A stretch of 64,000 bases of DNA from an uncultured bacterium (GTDB lineage Bacteria > Planctomycetota > UBA1135 > UBA2386): assembly GCA_937906475.1 (NCBI GenBank), contig CALCZA010000053.1, positions 31,392 through 95,391 of the forward strand. The letters are read 5' to 3'. The position numbers were made by a program, and so were the translations under genes. This document shows positions 20,916 through 29,294 of the stretch, one piece after another. The notes beneath the pieces are model-generated. The model did not search any database and was not told where the DNA came from. It saw only the letters and a program-made list of their open reading frames with translations. Within the stretch, counting starts at the first letter, position 1; every line of letters starts with the position of its first letter.

Positions 20916-21698
20916 ATGGCCGAGGCCCCCACCGCTGCTCCCATCACCATCGTCACCGGCAGCAATCGCGGCATCGGCCGCTCGATTGCTACCGGCTTGG
21001 CGAATGACGGCCATCGCCTCGTGCTAACGGCGCGCGACGATCAACGACTGCAATCCGTAGCGACCGAACTACGTGCCAACGGCGCGACGGTTGCGACCAT
21101 CGCCGCCGACCTGCGCGCAGAAGGAAGCGTCGAGCGAGTGCTAGCCTTCACCGAGCAAACGTTCGGCAAACCTGATGTCATCGTGAGCAACGCAGGTACC
21201 GCACCGTCCGACAAGGTCGAGAATACCACGGCCGAAATGATGCAGGACGCGTTTGATCTGCACGTCGCTGTGCCACTCGCGTTCGCCCGCCACAGCGCCA
21301 AGGACATGAAGTCCCGCGGCAGCGGTTGCCTCCTCCACCTTGCATCGAGCGCCGGCCTACGTGGCTACCCCTTCACGTCGGCCTACACCGCCGCCAAGCA
21401 CGGCATGGTCGGCTTGACGCGCGCCTTGCATGCCGAACTGAATCACAAGGGCATCCAGGTCTACGGCGTATGCCCTGGCTTTGTCGACACCGACATCACT
21501 CGCTCTGCCGCGGCAGCCGTAGCCGCAAAGGGCAGGACCAGCGCTACTGATGCGTTAGCTTTGATGGGCGCGCAAAACAACATTGGCCGCATGCACACCA
21601 GCGACGAAGTTGCTGCTGCCGTTTGTATGCTGCTACGTGACCGGCCCGCCGGCTGCATCTACGCCCTCGACCAAGAGCCCGCGGCATTCCTCGAATAA
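20916..21698 (+). CDS. short-chain dehydrogenase/reductase (SDR) family oxidoreductase
   Basis: Start placed at MAEAPTAAPITIVTGSNRGIG (TGxxxGIG). It has NAG and the YTAAKHG catalytic motif. The ORF extends upstream to 20799. Confidence 0.85.
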   Translation: MAEAPTAAPITIVTGSNRGIGRSIATGLANDGHRLVLTARDDQRLQSVATELRANGATVATIAADLRAEGSVERVLAFTEQTFGKPDVIVSNAGTAPSDKVENTTAEMMQDAFDLHVAVPLAFARHSAKDMKSRGSGCLLHLASSAGLRGYPFTSAYTAAKHGMVGLTRALHAELNHKGIQVYGVCPGFVDTDITRSAAAAVAAKGRTSATDALALMGAQNNIGRMHTSDEVAAAVCMLLRDRPAGCIYALDQEPAAFLE

Positions 21699-21751
21699 CT
21701 CACGAGCCTGACCACCAGGATCATTCCAATCGGGATCACTCGCTCCACGCC

Positions 21752-22549
21752 ATGACGAAATACGACTTCCACTTCGAGACCGATGACGACGGCGTTGCGA
21801 CGCTGACGCTCGATCGCCCGGCCACACTCAACTCGCTGACGTTCGAGATCTACGGCCAGCTGGAGAAACTGTTCGTCGACCTGCGCACCGACAAGTCGGT
21901 CAAGGCCATCGTGCTGACCGGCAAGGGCAAGGGCTTCTGCAGCGGCGGCAACGTCGAAGAGATCATTGGCCCGCTGTTTGAGAAAGACCTCAACGGCACG
22001 CTCGAGTTCACTCGCATGACCGGCGCCGTGGTGCGCAACATGCTGCGACTCGAAAAACCGATCATCGCCGCCATCAATGGCGTCGCCGCCGGTGCTGGCT
22101 CCGTGCTAGCCCTCGCCAGCGACATGCGCGTGATGTCCGAGAAGGCGAAGTTCGCGTTCTTGTTCACCAAAGTTGGCCTGACCGGCGCAGACATGGGCGC
22201 GGCGTGGCTGCTACCAAAGATCGTCGGCACCGGCCGCGCAATGGAGATGCTGATGCTCGGCGGCAAGGTGCTAGCCGATGAGTGCCACCGCATTGGCCTC
22301 GCCAACCGCGTCGTCGCGCCCGAGGCCGTTCTCGACGAAGCGATGAGCATTGCCAAGCAACTGGCCACTGGCCCCGGACTCGCCATCGGCATGACCAAGA
22401 AGATGGTCTGGCATGAATGGCCGATGGATATGGACGCCGCGATCGAGCAAGAGGCACAGGCCCAAGCGCTGCTGTTGCGCGCGCACGATCATCGCGAATT
22501 CTACGACGCGTGGATGGAAAAGCGCGATCCGAAGTGGCAGGGCCGCTAA
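21752..22549 (+). CDS. enoyl-CoA hydratase/isomerase (crotonase) family protein
   Basis: 265 aa. It has LTLDRPATLNSL, the GKGFCSGGN oxyanion motif, and AAINGVAAGAG. Confidence 0.85.
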   Translation: MTKYDFHFETDDDGVATLTLDRPATLNSLTFEIYGQLEKLFVDLRTDKSVKAIVLTGKGKGFCSGGNVEEIIGPLFEKDLNGTLEFTRMTGAVVRNMLRLEKPIIAAINGVAAGAGSVLALASDMRVMSEKAKFAFLFTKVGLTGADMGAAWLLPKIVGTGRAMEMLMLGGKVLADECHRIGLANRVVAPEAVLDEAMSIAKQLATGPGLAIGMTKKMVWHEWPMDMDAAIEQEAQAQALLLRAHDHREFYDAWMEKRDPKWQGR

Positions 22550-22563
22550 CACTCAGGACCGCG

Positions 22564-23742
22564 ATGAGCACAATCAAGAACGACACCCTCTGGCTCCCGG
22601 ACGACGAACTCACCCCGGAACTTGCCGAGTTCACCCGCGGCATCCGAGCGTTTGCCAACGAGAAACTCGCCCCGCATGCGCGCGCCATCGACGAGCAGTC
22701 GACCTTCCGCCGCGCGATGGTCGGCGAACTTGGCGACGCCGGCATCCTCGGGGGCCCGCTGCCGACAGCAATCGGCGGTAGCGGCTGGACGCCCCTGCAA
22801 CTAGCACTCGCCCACGAAGAACTCGGCGCAGTCTGTAGCAATGCACGTGGCTTCTGTGCGGTGCAAACTGGACTCGTCACACAAACGCTGGCCAAGAACG
22901 GCGATGACGACCAACGCGAACAGTGGCTCAAGCCATTGATGCGCGGCGAAGCAATCGGCTGCTTCGCGTTGACCGAGCCAAATGCTGGCAGTGACGTAGC
23001 CTCGCTAACGACGCACGCCGTCGAGCAACCCGACGGCAGCTATCGCGTCAGCGGCCTGAAGCACTGGGTGACCAATGCCGGCATTGCCGACGTCATGCTG
23101 TTGTTCGCGACTGTGGACCCCAAGCTGAAGGGCAAGGGCATCACGGCGTTCGTCATCGACACGGCCCGCGACGGCCTCGATCGCAAGCCGATGGAAGGCG
23201 TCGAACTCGGCCATCGCGGCAGTGACCATGCAGTGTTGACGTTCGACAATATGGTCGTGCAGAAGAGCGAGATGCTCGGCCCGGTCGGCAAGGGCTTTGG
23301 CATCGCGCTAGGCGGACTGTCGTCAGGACGATTGAGCGTCGCGTCCGGTGCAGTCGGCATTCACCGCGCGGCGCTTTCTGCCGCCGTGAAGTTCACAACA
23401 GAGCGGCAACAGTTCGGCCAACCGCTGGCACAGTTCCAAATGGTGCAAGAACGCCTGGCTGACATGCTGACGTCGCTGCATGCGAGTCGTGCACTGGTGC
23501 ATCGATGTGCGAACCGGCGCTTGCATGGCACTGAGACGCACGCGGATGTTGCGATGGCAAAACTGCAATCGACGGAAGCGGCGGCGACTGCTTGCGACCA
23601 AGCGGTGATGCTGCATGGCGCACGCGGCTATAGCTCGGCGTTCCCGGTGGAGCGACTGTGGCGCGACATCCAGGCGCTGCGGATCTACGAGGGCACGTCG
23701 ATGATCCAGAAAGGGATCTTGGCGCGCATGTTGACGACATAG
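22564..23742 (+). CDS. acyl-CoA dehydrogenase family protein
   Basis: The start MSTIKNDTLW is an internal ATG of ORF 22417..23742. Motifs present: GCFALTEPNAGSD, QFGQPLAQFQ, and C-terminal YEGTSMIQ. Confidence 0.85.
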   Translation: MSTIKNDTLWLPDDELTPELAEFTRGIRAFANEKLAPHARAIDEQSTFRRAMVGELGDAGILGGPLPTAIGGSGWTPLQLALAHEELGAVCSNARGFCAVQTGLVTQTLAKNGDDDQREQWLKPLMRGEAIGCFALTEPNAGSDVASLTTHAVEQPDGSYRVSGLKHWVTNAGIADVMLLFATVDPKLKGKGITAFVIDTARDGLDRKPMEGVELGHRGSDHAVLTFDNMVVQKSEMLGPVGKGFGIALGGLSSGRLSVASGAVGIHRAALSAAVKFTTERQQFGQPLAQFQMVQERLADMLTSLHASRALVHRCANRRLHGTETHADVAMAKLQSTEAAATACDQAVMLHGARGYSSAFPVERLWRDIQALRIYEGTSMIQKGILARMLTT

Positions 23743-24096
23743 AGATCGCGGCGAATTGTCATTCGGACAAAGCCGCCATCGCCTGACCAATTTCGGACGG
23801 CAACGTAGCGACCATAGTCGCACCGAGTGAACCGACGATCACGTCCAGGAAGGCCGTCACCTGCAGCAATTCGCCGGGATGACCACCTTCGAGCATCATC
23901 CCCCGACGTGCAATTCCACGGGACCCGACTCAAGTCCAGCAGTTCTGCATCGGTACGAACTTGGCCAGATTCTGACGCGTAGCGATGACGCGCCTAGGGT
24001 TGCCATACGACTGGCGCTTGGGGGCATGACAATCTACAGCAAACCGATGGCATTCATTGGCCCCAACGCTGTGCACTCGGCAGGCTGTGTATCCCT

Positions 24097-25746
24097 ATGC
24101 ATCGCCACTGCCAGACCCTTGTGCGAATAGCCGCCGCTCTGATCGTCCTCGCGCAATTTGCGGCCACTGTCTGCGCCCAACAACCAGCGGACACCACCGA
24201 CGTGCGCGTCATGGCCTGGAACATCTGGCACGGCGGGCGCGAAGACGGCGAAGAGGTCGGTCCAAAGCGCGTCATCGATGTCATCAAGAACAGCGGTGCC
24301 GATCTGGTTGCGATGCAGGAGACCTACGGCTCCGGAGAGTTGATCGCGAAGGGCCTCGGCTTCCAATTCCAACCTCGTGGCACCAACGTCTCGATCCACA
24401 GCCGCTATCCAGTCATCGAAGACATCTCGGTGCACAAGGAGTTCCAGTGCGTCGGTGCCCTGATCGAACTACCCAACAAGACGCGCGTGGCATTCTATTC
24501 GATCTGGCTGCCGTACTCGGCCGAGATCTGGCTAGAGGGAACGCGCGACACAAGCAAGCCCGAGACGATGCTCGCCGCGTGCAAAGCATCACATCAAAGC
24601 CTGCTGAAGATGTGGGCGGCTATCGAGACGAGACTGAGTGCCGACAAATACCAGGACGTGCCCATCGTCATAGCCGGCGACTTCAACTCGATGTCGCACC
24701 TCGACTATGGCGAGATCGGCTGGGACCAATACGACGCGGTGATCAAGTGGCCGACCAGCACCGTGCTAACGAACCAAGGGTTCACCGACTCTTATCGCGC
24801 GTGTAACCCGCGCATCGATCGCAACGCCGACAGCACCTGGACGCCGCGGTTTCCTGGTCAGCATCAGGATCGCATCGACTTCATCTACCATCGTGGTGCC
24901 AGAACGCGAACCGTCACCGTTGCGCCAACTACATCGCGAGTAATTCGCGAACATCAGCCGCGCTTCCCTTCGGATCACGCTGCGCTGGTGAGCACGCTAC
25001 GCATTGCTTCGCAACAACCGCCGGAGCCTGACGACGTTGCTTTGCGCGTGGTCAGCTACAACATCAAGCATGGTGCTGGCATGGATAACCGCGTCGACTT
25101 GCAGCGCACTGCGAACGTGCTCAAGAAGCTGCGCCCGGACTTCGTCGGACTGCAAGAAGTCGACCTGCGCGCGACACGCAGCGGCAAGCAGAACCAAGCC
25201 AACAAGTTGGCAGCGATGCTGAATATGCACCCGGGTTTCGGCTCGTTCATGGATTTCCAGGGCGGTCGTTATGGCATGGCAGTGCTCTCGCGATATCCGC
25301 TCGTACACGTCGAAAGCTTGCGCCTTCCCAACGGCAATGAACCGCGGGTCGCATTGATTGCCGAAGCGCGACTGCCAACGGGTGACACCGTGCTACTCGT
25401 CAACGTGCACTTCGACTGGGTCGGCGATGACAAGTTCCGCTTTGCACAGGCCAGCAAGTTGGCCGCGCACCTGCAGGCGCAAGCGAAGCCCTTCATTCTG
25501 CTTGGGGACTTCAACGATGGCCCAGACTCACGGACTCTGGCGCTCTTCGACAAGATTGCGCACCGCACGCAGAAGCCAAAGAATGACCGGCTTACGTTCT
25601 CGTCGACCAAGCCGGTGAAGGAGATCGATTTCATCTTCTGCGCGCCCATTGACGCCTGGCAGGTGAACCGTGTCGAAGTCATCACCGAGCCGATGGCTTC
25701 CGACCACCGCCCAGTCCTGGCCGAGTTGACGCTGCGGGCTCGCTAA
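24097..25746 (+). CDS. secreted tandem endonuclease/exonuclease/phosphatase (EEP) domain protein
   Basis: 549 aa with a signal peptide. There are two EEP modules: VMAWNIWHGG...LVAMQE...GDFN...SDH, and VVSYNIKHG...FVGLQEV...LLGDFND...SDHRPV. Confidence 0.8.
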   Translation: MHRHCQTLVRIAAALIVLAQFAATVCAQQPADTTDVRVMAWNIWHGGREDGEEVGPKRVIDVIKNSGADLVAMQETYGSGELIAKGLGFQFQPRGTNVSIHSRYPVIEDISVHKEFQCVGALIELPNKTRVAFYSIWLPYSAEIWLEGTRDTSKPETMLAACKASHQSLLKMWAAIETRLSADKYQDVPIVIAGDFNSMSHLDYGEIGWDQYDAVIKWPTSTVLTNQGFTDSYRACNPRIDRNADSTWTPRFPGQHQDRIDFIYHRGARTRTVTVAPTTSRVIREHQPRFPSDHAALVSTLRIASQQPPEPDDVALRVVSYNIKHGAGMDNRVDLQRTANVLKKLRPDFVGLQEVDLRATRSGKQNQANKLAAMLNMHPGFGSFMDFQGGRYGMAVLSRYPLVHVESLRLPNGNEPRVALIAEARLPTGDTVLLVNVHFDWVGDDKFRFAQASKLAAHLQAQAKPFILLGDFNDGPDSRTLALFDKIAHRTQKPKNDRLTFSSTKPVKEIDFIFCAPIDAWQVNRVEVITEPMASDHRPVLAELTLRAR

Positions 25747-25905
25747 GCCCACAACCTCCAAGAGATCCGCGGCCAGTGCCGCGTCGCATGAGTGACAATC
25801 CCCGCACGCCAGCGGCACTCCCTCGGATACACGCTCCATCAATATGCGCGTAAGTCTCGGGAAACCCGAGCGCTTGCGACCTGACTCGTCAATCATTGCT
25901 CGCTC

Positions 25906-26457
25906 ATGGCTGCTCGCCGATACGGAACCATCGTTCGCCACCTGCGCGAAGACCCTGACACTGCTCACGAACTGTGCGAGAAACTCCCCGATGAAGCGCT
26001 GATCGAATTGGGCGCTGCCATTCGCGACGAAATAATGCGGCGCGCGCGAGAAGCCGGCGACCAACCGGCGGTTATCGAGGCCGCATTCGAAAAGGGCTTC
26101 GCGCGCGACGGGCTCGGCATCCTGCCATGGATTGCGCTGCCCTACCTGATCTGCCCCGGCGGCCTCGTCGGCAAGAACCGCGGCAACCACAAATGCCAGT
26201 TCGTCTCCGTCGACGACGTCTGGGTCTGGGAAAGCGGTGACCTGATCGATGAAGTAAAGCGTTCGCTGCCCGGATCCGACGATGGCTTCCGCGCCATCGC
26301 GCTACTGCCCATCGTCGAAGGCATGGAACTCGACGTCGTTCGCGCTCGCATGCGCCAGGGCCAACACAACGTCGAACGTGTTACGAGCCTGCGCATTCGC
26401 AAAGGTCGCCTAATCGAGGTTGAACGCCGCGATGTCTCTGCCCGCGGCGCCCGTTAG
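25906..26457 (+). CDS. hypothetical protein (no recognisable family)
   Basis: 183 aa with high GC3 in this frame. It has no signal peptide or TM segment. The overlapping antisense ORF 25528..26190 is judged spurious. Confidence 0.6.
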   Translation: MAARRYGTIVRHLREDPDTAHELCEKLPDEALIELGAAIRDEIMRRAREAGDQPAVIEAAFEKGFARDGLGILPWIALPYLICPGGLVGKNRGNHKCQFVSVDDVWVWESGDLIDEVKRSLPGSDDGFRAIALLPIVEGMELDVVRARMRQGQHNVERVTSLRIRKGRLIEVERRDVSARGAR

Positions 26458-26647
26458 CATTTCATCATCATGAACCGCAAGTGGACGACACTGCCTCTCT
26501 GCCGGTGACATCCAAGGCGTAATATGTCGCTTGGGTTTACCTTCTAGACGCGTACAGCCCAGCGAACGACCGCCTACTGGAGCGCGCGCCTCGCGCGCAT
26601 GAAATCCCGAAGCGGCCGGCGGTGCGAATGGGACCAAAGATCGTCTC

Positions 26648-26670
26648 GCTGGCATCTACGCCATGCCAGC
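26648..26670 (-). terminator. hairpin downstream of the Gfo/Idh/MocA gene
   Basis: GCTGGCAT-7 nt-ATGCCAGC (8-bp stem), about 35 nt past the stop on the minus strand. The U-tract is weak (GAGACGATCTTT). Confidence 0.4.
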
Positions 26671-26705
26671 ACGGGGTGCGCAGCAGCACCAATCCCTATG
26701 GCTTA

Positions 26706-28025
26706 CTAGAGCTGCCAACCCTTGCGGTAGATGCGGTGCACAAGCGCCGTCGCTAGGTAGTTGTCGAACTCCATCTTCTCGGAGTCCCAGTGCAACTTCT
26801 CACCGGGGAAGTGGCCAGCAACCGTGCCCAGCAGCACCGCTTCGGTCAACGGGCACGCGTAAGAGAACGGCGTCGAGGTCTTGCCTTCACCGCGGCATGC
26901 ATCGGTCCACTCGTGGCGATGCTCCTTGCTCGGCAACGTGGTGACGTCGACATCCATCTTCTCGCCCTTCGAGTAGAAGCGCGGCGGCGCCCAGTGCGGG
27001 ATGACCATCACACCCTTCTCACCGATCAGGAACGAACCGGCACCAGGCAACTTCTCGCCGGCTGGCAACTGCGCCTTCTCGGCCGCTTTCTTGCCAGCAC
27101 CGTCGGTCCAACGGAACTTGATCGTCTCCGCCGTTTGATCCGTGCCGGGGAACTCGTAGAGGAAATCGCCATCCGGCGCGAACATCTCGCGGAAGTGACC
27201 CGGACCGTTGGAAACAACGCTCTTAGGTGCGCCTATGCCAAGCGCCGCGAAGACTGGGTCGAAGATATGGCAGCCCATATCGCCGAGCGTGCCGCTACCG
27301 AAATCGAGCCAACGACGCCACTGCGCGGGATGGTAGAGGCCCTTCACGTAAGGACGGTCCTTCGCAACGCCAAGCCACAAGTCCCAATCGACGTGATTCG
27401 GCACGACATCAACCTTGTCAGGACGACCCGCGGCATTGCCACCCCAGGACTTGCCGACCCACAGATGCGCTTCGTGCACCTTGCCGATCACGCCGCTACG
27501 CAGCGTCGCAACCGCTGTGCGGTAGGCACTGTCACTGTGGATCTGCGTACCCATCTGCGTGACGACGCCAGCCTTCGCCGCCAAATTCGCCATCTCGCGG
27601 CACTCATACAGATTGTGCGCGATCGGCTTTTGACAATAGACGTGCTTGCCAAGACTCATCGCGGCCAACGAAATCGAACCATGCATATGGTCGGGTGTCG
27701 CGACAACGACGGCATCGATGTCCTTGCCCATCGTGTCGAACATCTTGCGATAGTCCGCGAACGCCTTGGCGCCCGCATGCTTCTTGGCGGCGTTGCCAAG
27801 GTTGTTGGCGTCGATGTCGCACAGCGCGGCGATGTTCACGTTCTTGCCGCCGGCGGTCGCGTTGAGATCGCTGCCCCCCATACCGCCAACGCCGACGCAT
27901 GCGACGTTCAACGTTTCCAACGGGCTTAGGCTGGTGGTTCGCGGACCAAGCATGGGTGCCGCGGCGGCGGCTACGCCCGTTGCTTGAATGAAGTGGCGAC
28001 GCGTAATTCTTCGGTTGATTGGCAC
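26706..28025 (-). CDS. Gfo/Idh/MocA family oxidoreductase with twin-arginine signal
   Basis: 439 aa. It has the TAT motif MPINRRITRRHFIQATGVAAAAA, the Rossmann motif VGVGGMGG, and DAVVVATPDHMH. Confidence 0.85.
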   Translation of the reverse strand: MPINRRITRRHFIQATGVAAAAAPMLGPRTTSLSPLETLNVACVGVGGMGGSDLNATAGGKNVNIAALCDIDANNLGNAAKKHAGAKAFADYRKMFDTMGKDIDAVVVATPDHMHGSISLAAMSLGKHVYCQKPIAHNLYECREMANLAAKAGVVTQMGTQIHSDSAYRTAVATLRSGVIGKVHEAHLWVGKSWGGNAAGRPDKVDVVPNHVDWDLWLGVAKDRPYVKGLYHPAQWRRWLDFGSGTLGDMGCHIFDPVFAALGIGAPKSVVSNGPGHFREMFAPDGDFLYEFPGTDQTAETIKFRWTDGAGKKAAEKAQLPAGEKLPGAGSFLIGEKGVMVIPHWAPPRFYSKGEKMDVDVTTLPSKEHRHEWTDACRGEGKTSTPFSYACPLTEAVLLGTVAGHFPGEKLHWDSEKMEFDNYLATALVHRIYRKGWQL

Positions 28026-28248
28026 AGGGACCTCAATTCGTCCGGAGTCGTAGACAGTGGGATGGGTTCGGCACCATATCGAGCCAGCTGCCGTAGCGGG
28101 ACTCGAAACGCCTGATCACACAACCATGACAGAAAGGGCACGCACTGCCGCTTCGACATCGCTGGCGACGTGGCGCAAATGATAGCGCTCGAGTAGCGAC
28201 CGGCTGCCAAGTCCTCAGCTTGCGAATACTTGGGCGATCGTCTTCGCG

Positions 28249-28298
28249 CCCGAGGCGCAGTGGCCCGAGGCGCAGTGGCCCGCGCACAGTGGCGCGGG
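28249..28298. repeat. 15-bp tandem repeat (CCCGAGGCGCAGTGG x2 plus a degenerate third copy) ending in a 7-bp GC hairpin
   Basis: 28249-28263 equals 28264-28278. The third copy CCCGCGCACAGTGG merges into the hairpin CCCGCGC-ACAGTG-GCGCGGG (28279-28298). The element lies just downstream of the cyclophilin stop. Confidence 0.9.
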
Positions 28299-28310
28299 CG
28301 ATCACCTGCA

Positions 28311-28826
28311 CTACTTGAGTTCGCCGCAATCGGCGATGACGACGTCGGCGGACGTCGAACCCGAACTCGAGCCAATGCTCTCCATCTCTTCGACCACGTC
28401 CATGCCTTCGACAACCTTGCCGAACACAACGTGCTTGCCGTCGAGCCACGACGTCACGACGGTCGTGATGAAGAACTGCGAGCCATTGGTGTTGGGACCA
28501 GCGTTGGCCATCGACAGCAGGCCCGGCTCGGTGTGGAGCCGATCGAAGTTCTCGTCCTTGAACTTGTTACCGTAGATCGACTCGCCGCCCGTGCCGTTGC
28601 CGCGCGTGAAGTCGCCGCCCTGACACATGAACTGCTTGATGATGCGGTGGAACCCGGAGCCCTTGTAATGGAGCGGCTTGCCGGACTCGCCGGTGCCCTT
28701 CTCGCCGGTGCACAGAGCCCGGAAGTTCTCGGCCGTCTCGGGCACGGAGTCAGCGAACAGTTCAAAGGTGATGCGGCCGGCAGCCTTGTCGCCGATGGTG
28801 ATATCAAAGTAAACGCGTGGGTTCAT
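28311..28826 (-). CDS. cyclophilin-type peptidyl-prolyl cis-trans isomerase, eukaryote/plant-like (divergent-loop type)
   Basis: 171 aa. It is near-colinear with CypA-type sequences ([24 protein letters not shown]...[31 protein letters not shown]...H...[18 protein letters not shown]...[14 protein letters not shown]) and carries the GESGKPLH insertion. Confidence 0.9.
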   Translation of the reverse strand: MNPRVYFDITIGDKAAGRITFELFADSVPETAENFRALCTGEKGTGESGKPLHYKGSGFHRIIKQFMCQGGDFTRGNGTGGESIYGNKFKDENFDRLHTEPGLLSMANAGPNTNGSQFFITTVVTSWLDGKHVVFGKVVEGMDVVEEMESIGSSSGSTSADVVIADCGELK

Positions 28827-28978
28827 ATCCGGCCTTGTTACCCCCTAGCACCGCTCAGGCCAACGACTACTGCCCGCAACCGTTGGAGTCAGGGCCCGCA
28901 ACGCTATGCTGCACGCTCGAAATCCTTACGAATCGGGCCCCTCGGCCGGACCAACCCAATACCCCAAAAACAAGATCC

Positions 28979-29257
28979 ATGACCCGCGCATCCGCCCGCC
29001 ACATCCTCGTCGACTCGGAAGAACAGTGCCAGCAACTCAAGACTGAGATTGCCGGCGGAGCCAGCTTCGAAGATCTCGCCAAGCAACACTCGTCCTGCCC
29101 GTCGGGCCAACAAGGTGGCGCGCTCGGTGAGTTCGGCCCCGGCCAGATGGTCAAGGAGTTCGACACCGTCGTCTTCAACGAAGCGGTCGGCGAAGTGCAC
29201 GGCCCGGTGAAGACGCAGTTCGGCTTCCACCTGCTCGAGATCACCGCGCGCTCGTAA
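28979..29257 (+). CDS. ppiC: parvulin-type peptidyl-prolyl cis-trans isomerase (PpiC-like)
   Basis: The internal ATG of ORF 28817..29257 gives 92 aa: ASARHILV...CPSGQQGGALGEFGPGQMVKEFD..VF....GEVHGPVKTQFGFHLLE. Confidence 0.8.
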   Translation: MTRASARHILVDSEEQCQQLKTEIAGGASFEDLAKQHSSCPSGQQGGALGEFGPGQMVKEFDTVVFNEAVGEVHGPVKTQFGFHLLEITARS

Positions 29258-29294
29258 GCCCGGAACGGCTAGAGCAAACGAAATGGGGAACGGG

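Noticed and set aside
23759-23899. 46-codon minus-strand ORF (MMLEGGHPGELLQVTAFLDVIVGSLGATMVATLPSEIGQAMAALSE) in the ACAD-EEP spacer.
   Set aside because: It has moderate GC3 and a hydrophobic product, so it is not impossible. But it has no SD, no recognisable family, and is below any length at which composition alone is convincing. It is left unannotated.
24160-24175. B12-box-like GCCACTG matches (also near 36555 and 58030), and other short riboswitch-core words such as CTGAGA near 29025.
   Set aside because: All fall inside well-supported coding sequences and lack the surrounding conserved helices of the cobalamin or TPP aptamers.
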